The position numbers and the translations under genes are program-made. The notes beneath the pieces were generated by a model. It searched no databases. It saw only the letters and a program-made list of their open reading frames with translations, and was not told where the DNA came from. DNA of 64,000 nucleotides, taken from an uncultured Chthonomonadaceae bacterium (GTDB lineage Bacteria; Armatimonadota; Chthonomonadetes; Chthonomonadales; Chthonomonadaceae). Below, one piece after another: positions 21,905 through 30,489 of the stretch (positions are counted from its first letter, which is position 1; each line of letters begins with the position of its first letter). The stretch is from the NCBI GenBank assembly GCA_963817895.1, contig CAWFQB010000014.1, positions 448,001 to 512,000 of the forward strand. The letters run 5' to 3'.

Positions 21905-23793
21905 TATTTTTCTCCTTGAATCACTTTGGTAGATAGGTCAGATTGCGTTGTCGTAACGCCCCACACGGCCCGGTCACTCCAGACATTCGTTCCCCACAGG
22001 GCGCGGTTGGCGTTCAGTTGGTTGGTACTCACGCCCCAGATGGCGCGCGTTCCCCAGATAGCGCGAAGATGGGTGACATCCGTTCCCCAGATCGCCCGCG
22101 TTCCCCACAGGGCGCGATCCATGTTGATCGTCACATTGCCCTGATCGTCAATGGTAAGCGAGGGCGACAGCGCGGGCTGCGTGGGGACAATCCGGCTGTT
22201 CAGAGCAGCGGGTATATTGAGAAATCCGGCCCCGTAGGTGCAGGGGTTGCCCATTCCCGTCGCGTCTGCCCACTTGTCGGCGGAAAACATCAGCCGCGCT
22301 TTCACGGTATCGGGCGTCAGCGCGGGGCTTGCCTGTAACATCAGGGCGATAGCCCCGCTGACAACCGGCGTCGCCATCGAGGTTCCCGACAGGCGGATAT
22401 AGTCTCTGGAGGCTGAACTGTTTCCGTTCTTGACGTACTCGCTGTTCAGCACATTGGTTTGCGCGTTGAAGTTGAGGTCAAGGTACGAGCCGGGAACGTT
22501 CAGCGAGACGATGTGGTTTCCGGGCGCGACAATATCGGGCTTGAGCGTCAAGTCCAATCGGGACGGGCCGCGACTGGAATACGTCGCCACCGCGTCATGC
22601 GGATGCTGTCCGTCTACAGATTTCATCGCGCCAACAGTAATCACATAAGGATCGTTGCCGGGGCTGTCAATGGAGCCATAAGCCGCGCCGTAGCCTTCGT
22701 TGTCCGGCACGGGCGGGTTGGGCATGGCGTCGTTTACGCGGCCATCGTTGCCTGCCGCGCAGACCACTACGATACCGGCCTGCCATGCCGCTTCCACCGC
22801 CTGGCAGAGCGGATCGTTCGCGGCAGCATCCCCAACAGGATGCCCCATAGATAGGTTCAGAACCCTGATATTGTAGGGATTGTTGTTCTTGACGCTGTTG
22901 ACTACCCATGTAATGCCCGCGACCACTGTGCTTACGTCGCTCTGCCCGTTTGCATTCAGGACGCGCACGTTTATCAGGGACGCTTTCGGCGCGATGCCGT
23001 AGTAGTTCTGCGTATTAGCGGCGCTGCTCGATTGGGCCGCATTGCCCGCGATAATGCCCGCGACATGGGTTCCATGCCCGCATCTATCGTCGCCGGAGCC
23101 TGTAGGCGCGATTAAATCATGATCCGTGAGCCATGTTTGAAGACTGGGGCGCGGCCCGACTGCAGGCGCAGGGTCATTACTCGCGTCCACAAAGTTGACG
23201 CTGACGGCCACGCGGTCGCCCAACGCGGTCAGCTTACCTTTGAGGCCGGGTATGTACTTGCATACATCCGGGTGCTGTTCATGGATGCCGCTGTCCAGAA
23301 TCGCCACGCCAATATTCGTTCCATCCAGTTTGTAAGGCGCGGCCCACGCCGCTGCGGTTCCCGTCGAACCGGTTGTAAACCCGTCGTATTTACGCACGAT
23401 GGCGTTGGACGACAGATGCTTCACAAACGGAAGCGCGGACAGTTTGTTCAGCGCCGAATTGGGAATGCGTACCGTTACCGAGTGTATCAGCGGCAATCGG
23501 CTTTGAATGGACGCGCCACAGGCTTTCAATTGCGCTTCCCGATCGGGAGTGCAGTCGCCATCTATTCTCACAATTACAGAGGACCAATCATTCGCCGTCC
23601 TTGCTGTCAGCGCGTTCGCCAGAAAGCTGTCCGTCTTCGGACCGGTCTTGTCGGCGCGAACCGATTGCCCCATTCCAATCAGCAGCAGGGCTACTGTCGC
23701 GCCTCCCCCAAAAAAGCGACCTGCATTATATTTTCCAGGGCGGTTTTCACGCCATTTTGTCACAAACTTCTGATACTTCTTCATACCGGTCAT
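21904..23793 (-). CDS. Secreted S8 (AprX-like) subtilase A with C-terminal RAxWG repeats
   Basis: Signal peptide, propeptide, catalytic triad DSG / HGTHVAG / GTSMATP; tail has 6 RA[LIV]WG. Confidence 0.93.
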   Translation of the reverse strand: MTGMKKYQKFVTKWRENRPGKYNAGRFFGGGATVALLLIGMGQSVRADKTGPKTDSFLANALTARTANDWSSVIVRIDGDCTPDREAQLKACGASIQSRLPLIHSVTVRIPNSALNKLSALPFVKHLSSNAIVRKYDGFTTGSTGTAAAWAAPYKLDGTNIGVAILDSGIHEQHPDVCKYIPGLKGKLTALGDRVAVSVNFVDASNDPAPAVGPRPSLQTWLTDHDLIAPTGSGDDRCGHGTHVAGIIAGNAAQSSSAANTQNYYGIAPKASLINVRVLNANGQSDVSTVVAGITWVVNSVKNNNPYNIRVLNLSMGHPVGDAAANDPLCQAVEAAWQAGIVVVCAAGNDGRVNDAMPNPPVPDNEGYGAAYGSIDSPGNDPYVITVGAMKSVDGQHPHDAVATYSSRGPSRLDLTLKPDIVAPGNHIVSLNVPGSYLDLNFNAQTNVLNSEYVKNGNSSASRDYIRLSGTSMATPVVSGAIALMLQASPALTPDTVKARLMFSADKWADATGMGNPCTYGAGFLNIPAALNSRIVPTQPALSPSLTIDDQGNVTINMDRALWGTRAIWGTDVTHLRAIWGTRAIWGVSTNQLNANRALWGTNVWSDRAVWGVTTTQSDLSTKVIQGEK

Positions 23794-23820
23794 AACCTCA
23801 CTCTTTCGCCTGATAGTAAC

Positions 23821-23877
23821 TTCCGCTTTGAAGTCGCCGGAATGGAGGCAGAGCGAACCTCTACAAGGTTATGCCCG
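23821..23877 (-). promoter_or_regulatory. Conserved upstream block of subtilase A (possible structured RNA)
   Basis: Highly similar to 26082..26137; GAGGT/GCCTC stem whose loop is complementary to downstream AGCGG. Confidence 0.5.
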
Positions 23878-23953
23878 GTTTGCGCGTGTTTTCGACCAGT
23901 TATAATTGCGGGATAATGTAAAGACGAGAAACGTAATTACTGAACAAGCATAT

Positions 23954-23997
23954 CTATCCGGTAAGCCGCCTAAAGTTACAGGCGGCTTACCGGATAG
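23954..23997. terminator. 18-bp perfect hairpin between the two subtilase genes
   Basis: ctatccggtaagccgcct-N8-aggcggcttaccggatag. Confidence 0.65.
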
Positions 23998-24106
23998 TTA
24001 TCTCTACTCAGCTATATTCCCCACACTATGCGCCCACAAACGAGAGTTTTGTAATCCGGCCCTCTTGACAGGGTGCGACCGGGACACGTCTGCTGGTTAA
24101 CCATCA

Positions 24107-26047
24107 TCATTTTTCTCCTTGAACCACTTTGTTACTTAAATCGGCCTGGGTCGCCGATGTGCCCCACATTGCCCGATCACACCAGACAGTGGTTCCCCAC
24201 ATCGCTCGGCTGGCATTAAGAATGTTCGCGCTGGTTCCCCACATCGCCCGCGTGCCCCACATCGCTCGCAGGTCTGTAATGTCCGTTCCCCACATTGCGC
24301 GCGATCCCCACAACGCGCGATCCATGTTGATGGTCACGTTCCCCTGACTATCCTGCGACAGGGAGGGCGACATCGCCGGTTGCCGGGCGACAATCTGACT
24401 GCTCAACGCGGCGGGGATATTGAGATAACCCGCCCCGTATGTGCAGGGATCGCCGTTTCCCTGCGCATCCGCCCATTTATCCGCCGCAAACATCAGGCGG
24501 GCTTTGATGGTGTCCGGCGAAAGGGTTGGATTGGCTTGCAGCATCAACGCCACTGCGCCACTCACAACCGGCGTCGCCATAGAGGTGCCCGACAGACGGG
24601 CATAGGAAGTGGAGGGCTGACTGTCGCCATTCCAGATGTACTCGTTGTGCAGCACATCAATCTGCGCCCCGTAGTTGAGATCAAAGTACGAATTCACCAC
24701 GTTCAGCGAAACAATACGGTTGCCGGGCGCGGCAATGTCGGGCTTGAGAGTCAGGTCCAGGCGCGTCGGACCCCGACTGGAATAGGTGGCTGCCCGGTCA
24801 TGCTGACGCATGCCGTCCACCTGCTTCATCGCGCCGACCGTAATCACATACGGATCGTTGCCGGGGCAGGCAATGGAACCATACGCGGTTCCGTAGCCCT
24901 CATTATCGGGGCAGGGCGGCGCAGGCAGATTGTCGTTGAGACGGCCATCATTGCCCGCTGCGCAGACCACGACCAGACCTGCCTTATAGGCCGCTTCCAC
25001 CGCCTGACAGAGGGGGTCATTGGTATAATAGTCGCCCACGGGATGCCCCACAGACAGGTTCACCACGCGAATGTTGTAAGGATTTTTGTTCTTGACGCTG
25101 TTGACGACCCACTGAATACCCGCAATAACCGTACTCACGTCGCTCTGCCCGTAGGCGTTTAACACACGCACGTTCACCAGCGAAGCCGCAGGAGCGATAC
25201 CGGCAAAGGAGTGCGTGTTGAACAACCCGACGGACATTGTCGCATTTCCGGCCACAATGCCTGCGACGTGCGTACCGTGTCCGCATTGGTCGTCCGCATG
25301 ACCATCCGGGGTACTCTTGTCGTAGTCGGAATTCCACGGCGGCGGAGCAAATTGGCCTGCAACCGGCGCCGGATCCTTGTCCTTTTTATCAGACTTGCCG
25401 GGAAGCAACGCTAAAATTCCCTTTTTGGCTGCCGGATCGTTGTGAGTGTCCACAAAGTTGACGCCTATGAGAACGCGGTTTCCTTTTACTTTTATTTTGC
25501 CGTTGGAATCGACAAGGTACTGGCACATGTCAGGATGATCCTGGCTAATTCCGCTGTCGAGGACGGCCACGCCGACGTTGACGCCGGACAGGTAATTGGG
25601 TGCGCCCCACGCCTGCCACGCCCCACTCGCGCCCACTGTGTACTCGTCGGTTTTTTTCACGGTAAGGTCCGAAGAGAGATGCCGTACCCAGGACAATTCC
25701 GCCAGTTGCTGTAACGCGCTGTTCGGGACGCGCACGGAGATAGACTGGATGAGCGGCAGCTGCACTGTCACAACTGCGCCCAACGCCTTCAACTGCGCTT
25801 CTCTGATGGGCGTATACTCGCCGTCTACTCTTATGATTACCGCCGACACGCCCGCCTGCCGCTTTGCAGCCAACACGCGCGAAAGAAACAGATCAGTTTT
25901 TGTCGTGGCTGCATCCGCCCGCGCAAACTGCGTCTGGCCGGCAAACAGCAGGGCTGCCGCAGCGCAAGCCGCAATTCCATTTACTGCTCTATGTTGCTTA
26001 TGGCCGTCAGTTCGGCCCGACTTCTCGCATTTGATATTTTTGTTCAT
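24107..26047 (-). CDS. Secreted S8 (AprX-like) subtilase B with C-terminal RAxWG repeats
   Basis: Paralogue of subtilase A with an intact triad; tail has 1 RALWG and 5 RAMWG. Confidence 0.93.
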   Translation of the reverse strand: MNKNIKCEKSGRTDGHKQHRAVNGIAACAAAALLFAGQTQFARADAATTKTDLFLSRVLAAKRQAGVSAVIIRVDGEYTPIREAQLKALGAVVTVQLPLIQSISVRVPNSALQQLAELSWVRHLSSDLTVKKTDEYTVGASGAWQAWGAPNYLSGVNVGVAVLDSGISQDHPDMCQYLVDSNGKIKVKGNRVLIGVNFVDTHNDPAAKKGILALLPGKSDKKDKDPAPVAGQFAPPPWNSDYDKSTPDGHADDQCGHGTHVAGIVAGNATMSVGLFNTHSFAGIAPAASLVNVRVLNAYGQSDVSTVIAGIQWVVNSVKNKNPYNIRVVNLSVGHPVGDYYTNDPLCQAVEAAYKAGLVVVCAAGNDGRLNDNLPAPPCPDNEGYGTAYGSIACPGNDPYVITVGAMKQVDGMRQHDRAATYSSRGPTRLDLTLKPDIAAPGNRIVSLNVVNSYFDLNYGAQIDVLHNEYIWNGDSQPSTSYARLSGTSMATPVVSGAVALMLQANPTLSPDTIKARLMFAADKWADAQGNGDPCTYGAGYLNIPAALSSQIVARQPAMSPSLSQDSQGNVTINMDRALWGSRAMWGTDITDLRAMWGTRAMWGTSANILNASRAMWGTTVWCDRAMWGTSATQADLSNKVVQGEK

Positions 26048-26081
26048 ACCGTTTATAGCCTCATCCTCAGCTTTATTTAAA

Positions 26082-26137
26082 TTCCGCTTTGAATCACTGG
26101 AATTGAGGTACAGCGGACCTCAATAAGGGTATGCCCT
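26082..26137 (-). promoter_or_regulatory. Conserved upstream block of subtilase B (possible structured RNA)
   Basis: TTGAGGT-ccgctgt-ACCTCAA hairpin; loop CCGCT is complementary to downstream AGCGG. Confidence 0.5.
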
Positions 26138-26189
26138 GTATACTGACAGATTCCGTCTATTACAATTGCCTGATTCTTCTTGCCTGATT

Positions 26190-28691
26190 CTACGCCGCTT
26201 TCGCTTCCGGCCAAACAGTGATTTGAAGAGATACTTCCGGCTCCTGAATTTCGAGGCATTTTTCGCTGTTCTTTTCGCGACCCGCAAGTTTGCCTAATTT
26301 GCGCTCGGTCTTCTGGTGGTACATCTGCGTATCGGCGGCGGAAAGGAGGGTGGCGCAGTCTTCGCCATCGTGGGGAAAACACGCGACGCCAATACTCACG
26401 CCCAGATGCAGCGCTCCCAACTTGGGATGAATCAAATCCGGGTCGTAGGCTTCCACGGCCTGCTGTATTTTCTGCGCGAGCGCGGTCGCTTCCGCCCTTT
26501 CGCCGCCCTCGACCACAATCAGAAACTCGTCGCCGCCGTACCGAGCCACAATGTCGCCTGTCCCGACGTTCATGCGGAACAGATGCGCCAGTTCGCCCAG
26601 CACCTGATCGCCTTTCTGGTGGCCGAAATTGTCATTGATCGGCTTGAAACTGTCCAGGTCGAGGCACAGGAGGGCGAAGCCCGCGCGTTCGGGACGGCGG
26701 CACTTCTCCTCCACCATCTGCGTCAGATAGCGGATGTTGTACGCGCCCGTCAGAGGATCGGTGAACGCATGGCCGCGTGTACGGTCGAACAGCAAGCCGT
26801 TGTACAGCGCCATCGCCGCCCGCTCCGCAATGGTTTCCAGCAGTTGCTTGTCGTGGACGCTGAATGCTTCGGTTTCCGGCGAGTACAGATTGATGGTTCC
26901 CAGAACTTCGCCCTGATGCACGATGCTGACAATCAGCGCGGACTCGAATGTCACCCACTGCGCCGACTGCGAACTGGTCAGCAGTAGATCATCCTGATCG
27001 TACTGTCCCACATACGTGGTCCGTGTGGCGGCGACCTGCGCGGATGTGCAGCGCGGATTCAGGGAGCGCGCAGTGACAAGAAAATCGCGGTTCAATCCCA
27101 CTGCCGCCCGCGCGCTCAGGGTCTCTTCGCCCTCCTCTTTGAGCAGGAACACGCACGCGCCGCCGGGGAAAATCGCTTCCAGTTTGCGGGCCAGAATATC
27201 AATCGTCTCCTGCAATCCCAGACTGGAGGACAGGGTCTGCGCCACTTCGTACAGCGCCCACAGCTCCGAACTCGCCCGCTGAATATCGCGGGCCGCCCCC
27301 TCCATTTTCGACTTCGGATTCTCGATTTTAGAGGGCGCGGGTACAAGAGGGCCTTCTCCCTGCTCCGCCATTTCGTGAACCACGCGGTCAATCACCAGTA
27401 CGAACGCATCCACAATGACCGGGTCGAAGTGCGTTCCCGCGTCTTTGATAATCACCGAAAGGGCGCGTTCATGCGTCCACGCCGTCCGGTACGAGCGGGA
27501 ACTTGTCAGCGCGTCGTACACATCGGCAACCGCCAGAATACGCGCCGTGAGGGGAATATCCAGGCCCGCCAGACCCTCCGGGTAGCCGGTTCCGTCCCAC
27601 TTCTCATGGTGGTACTTCACAGCGGGCAGAACGGGCCAGGGGAACTCGACCGGGTCCAGAATCGCCGCGCCGATTTCAGGATGCTTCTTGATTTTTTCGA
27701 ATTCTTCGTCCGTCAAACGCCCTGGTTTGAGCAGCACGTATTCGGGAACGCCCAATTTGCCGATGTCGTGTAGCAGCGCGCCGGTATTCACGCCCTCCAG
27801 TTCCGCGCCGGTCAGTCCCATCTGCACGGCAATGGCGACCGCGTACCGCTGTACCCGCAGAATGTGCTGATGCGTGTACTGGTCCTTGGCGTCAATGGCG
27901 AGGGCGAGGCTTTTAATTGTCGCTAAATACAGATCCGCAAGATGCGCCTGATTGCGCTGAAGCTCTTCGATATGCTGTAGTTTCTCCTCCTGCCGCCCAA
28001 TGTACGTGCCGTAAGATTGGTAGGTGAGATAGGCGACGGGCGACACGAACAACAAAATCGCGACCAGGTGCTGCCCGAACAACACCAACGCAAGCGTGCT
28101 GATACACGCCCCGGCAAAATAACTGGGGGCTGTCCACAGAAACGTCTGTTTCCACAAGGTAAACGGAGGCTCTTTGGTACACAGCGCGATAATCAGGGCC
28201 ACGCCGCCTGTGTTGATGACGAAATTCATCAACGCCGCGCCGATGACGGCCATGAAGGTTTCTACGGGTCGCATTTGCAGCGTGCCGCCGTTCAGCCACA
28301 AAAACACCAGTCCCGCCAGCCAGCCCTCCAGTATCCCCAGGCAGGAGTTGAAAGCCAGTTGGTAGAGGGGCTGCCGTTTGGGATACAGGCCACCGGAGAT
28401 GCAGGTAATCATCGCCGTCATCGCGCCAGCTCCCGGCCCGAAGTGCAGCATGGCGGCGAACGTAATGGCAAACCCAAGCGACATGGAACCGGCGTCATCC
28501 TCTTGTTTATGGCGCATCAGGCAGATTTTCTTGCCGCCCGCCAATACAGCGATTATCAGGAAAACGACCAATTCCCATGCCTGCGTTTTACTGGTAGGCA
28601 TAGCCGTCGTGCAGGCGTAAACCGCGGCGACAAGACCGAGCAGGCAAACTGTTAGCAAGTACAATTGCGCCGGCTTTGGCAAACTACGCAT
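26190..28691 (-). CDS. Multi-TM sensor + HD-GYP + GAF + GGDEF c-di-GMP signalling protein
   Basis: About 7 hydrophobic helices; LLHDIGK and HHEKWDGTGYP; a GAF segment; RYGGDEF. Confidence 0.93.
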   Translation of the reverse strand: MRSLPKPAQLYLLTVCLLGLVAAVYACTTAMPTSKTQAWELVVFLIIAVLAGGKKICLMRHKQEDDAGSMSLGFAITFAAMLHFGPGAGAMTAMITCISGGLYPKRQPLYQLAFNSCLGILEGWLAGLVFLWLNGGTLQMRPVETFMAVIGAALMNFVINTGGVALIIALCTKEPPFTLWKQTFLWTAPSYFAGACISTLALVLFGQHLVAILLFVSPVAYLTYQSYGTYIGRQEEKLQHIEELQRNQAHLADLYLATIKSLALAIDAKDQYTHQHILRVQRYAVAIAVQMGLTGAELEGVNTGALLHDIGKLGVPEYVLLKPGRLTDEEFEKIKKHPEIGAAILDPVEFPWPVLPAVKYHHEKWDGTGYPEGLAGLDIPLTARILAVADVYDALTSSRSYRTAWTHERALSVIIKDAGTHFDPVIVDAFVLVIDRVVHEMAEQGEGPLVPAPSKIENPKSKMEGAARDIQRASSELWALYEVAQTLSSSLGLQETIDILARKLEAIFPGGACVFLLKEEGEETLSARAAVGLNRDFLVTARSLNPRCTSAQVAATRTTYVGQYDQDDLLLTSSQSAQWVTFESALIVSIVHQGEVLGTINLYSPETEAFSVHDKQLLETIAERAAMALYNGLLFDRTRGHAFTDPLTGAYNIRYLTQMVEEKCRRPERAGFALLCLDLDSFKPINDNFGHQKGDQVLGELAHLFRMNVGTGDIVARYGGDEFLIVVEGGERAEATALAQKIQQAVEAYDPDLIHPKLGALHLGVSIGVACFPHDGEDCATLLSAADTQMYHQKTERKLGKLAGREKNSEKCLEIQEPEVSLQITVWPEAKAA

Positions 28692-28996
28692 TTTGTTTCC
28701 TCTTTATATACATTTTAATATAACAATTATTATCCATGCCCACCCGTTCTCCGCAAGCCTTCCGCCTGCAAACGCCGAACGGTGAAACCTCTGAATGTCG
28801 AACGCTGGTATTCTGAATCCCTGAACTGTATAGTCGTTCATTGTCAACACCAAACCTGATTTTCTTTAGTACACGTTCGGCATAGGGGCCGCAAAAAAAT
28901 CTTAGTTAAATTTGCCGGTTCTCGTGGAATGATTTTCATGGTGAAGTGATTTTCTTGAATAGAGAATTTTTGAATAGAAAGGAATGACATTGCCCC

Positions 28997-29839
28997 ATGT
29001 TGTCTAAACATAACCAAAATACCAGCATCGCTCAACGCTCAACGCTCAACGCTTTCACTTTGATTGAGTTGCTCGTTGTGATCGCCATTATCGGCATTCT
29101 GGCTGCGATCCTATTTCCGGTCTTTGCCCAGGCGCGAGAGTCGGCGCGGGCCACCGCCTGCCTGTCCAACACCAAACAGCTCGGCCTGGCCCTGACGCTT
29201 TATGCGCAGGACTATGACGAGGGGCTTATCGCCTGGCGCAACTGCCCGGCTCACGATGCAACCGGCGTGACGCAGTGTTCGCTTGCCGACCAGACCGCAT
29301 CCCTGTGGACCAATACCCTTCAGCCGTATATCAAGAGCCAGCAGATTTTAAAGTGTCCCTCGTATGTGGCGGAAAACACCGCGCAGGCGATGGACGCGGA
29401 CGATTGCGATGGCGCGGGCGCGTCGCCTAACGTGTTTCCCCCGGACACGGTGTTCGCCAACTATGGCCTGTCCTACCCGGCAACCTACTATCCGGGCTGT
29501 GACACAACCGGCAACATGGCTTACGCTCATTACGCGGGCAGCGGATGGATGACCGATACAAACGGCAACTACGTTTTCTCCGCCCAATCGCTGACGAATG
29601 TAGTCGCGCCCGCCCGTACCGCGATGGTGGTAGACGCGCTCACATTCCAGAAGCACGACGGCAGCGGCCCGTATTTAGGCATTCTGTACGGCTGCGAGGG
29701 ACGCTTCCGGCACAGGGGCGGAGCCAATCTGACTTTTCTGGACGGCCATTCCAAATGGATCACCAACAACCCGGAACGCCATCTGGAACAGGACGCATCC
29801 GGCTGCTACTACGAGCGCTACTTCACCTCGGATAAGTAG
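28997..29839 (+). CDS. Prepilin-type N-terminal cleavage / DUF1559 / H-X9-DG protein
   Basis: [33 protein letters not shown]...[20 protein letters not shown]. Confidence 0.92.
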   Translation: MLSKHNQNTSIAQRSTLNAFTLIELLVVIAIIGILAAILFPVFAQARESARATACLSNTKQLGLALTLYAQDYDEGLIAWRNCPAHDATGVTQCSLADQTASLWTNTLQPYIKSQQILKCPSYVAENTAQAMDADDCDGAGASPNVFPPDTVFANYGLSYPATYYPGCDTTGNMAYAHYAGSGWMTDTNGNYVFSAQSLTNVVAPARTAMVVDALTFQKHDGSGPYLGILYGCEGRFRHRGGANLTFLDGHSKWITNNPERHLEQDASGCYYERYFTSDK

Positions 29840-29925
29840 AACCGACATGTAAATAGCCGCGAATGAACGCGAATAAACGCGCCTACATAGCTAGATTTAA
29901 TGCGACAACAACCGCGCTAAAACAA

Positions 29926-30139
29926 CGTCAAGGTAGAACAGTCAGGTAGGGGCGCTGCTTGCTGCGCCCAAAACGACGAATTGCTGCGCCCAAAACGACG
30001 AATTGCTGCGCCCAAAACGACGAATTGCTGCGCCCTCTGGAAGCGGTTGCTGCGCCTTTGTTCGAGGAGGGTTCAACCAATGTTGAGGAGGGTTCAGCAA
30101 GCAGAACCCCTACAACGTACCCTGCTATCCTACCTTGAC
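29926..30139. mobile_element. MITE (gtcaaggtag/ctaccttgac ends) enclosing a REPIN with three 22-bp tandem repeats
   Basis: GTAGGGGCGCTGCTTGCTGCGCCC ... GGGTTCAGCAAGCAGAACCCCTAC; (ttgctgcgcccaaaacgacgaa)3 at 29959..30024. Confidence 0.75.
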
Positions 30140-30205
30140 AGACTTGTAGCGCAGCGAACATCTCTATGAAACAAAGCAAGCAGTAAAGAATACAGGAGGT
30201 TAATC

Positions 30206-30409
30206 ATGCTTAAACAGAAGAAACAAAACAGCCGACCGGAAGGAACGCGGCGCGTTGCGCGGCGAAACGCGAAATGGATTTTGTTGCCGGTTGCGGCAGG
30301 CGCGTTCAGCCTGCTGGCGGGTTGCCGAACGCAGACCGCCGATGCGTCCGACCCCGACCCGCACTACTACAAAGGCGCGGACTTCCACGGCAAACCGAGG
30401 AAAGCGTAG
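30206..30409 (+). CDS. Small putative lipoprotein
   Basis: AGGAGG RBS, basic N-region, hydrophobic core, lipobox LAGC. Confidence 0.65.
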   Translation: MLKQKKQNSRPEGTRRVARRNAKWILLPVAAGAFSLLAGCRTQTADASDPDPHYYKGADFHGKPRKA

Positions 30410-30489
30410 TTGGTGGTTGGTGGTTGGTCAGGTTGTTATTAGTTGGAAAACTTCTCAACCTTATCTCTTGCAGGTTCGTAATCTATGGC

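Noticed and set aside
23821..23877. Known c-di-GMP or preQ1 riboswitch
   Set aside because: Lacks the GGCAAA/GNRA-receptor features of c-di-GMP-I and the A-rich tail of preQ1-I; kept only as an unknown motif.
29959..30035. 22-bp repeat x3 as a CRISPR array or iterons
   Set aside because: Intervening sequences are identical, the repeat lies inside a REPIN, and no rep gene is nearby.
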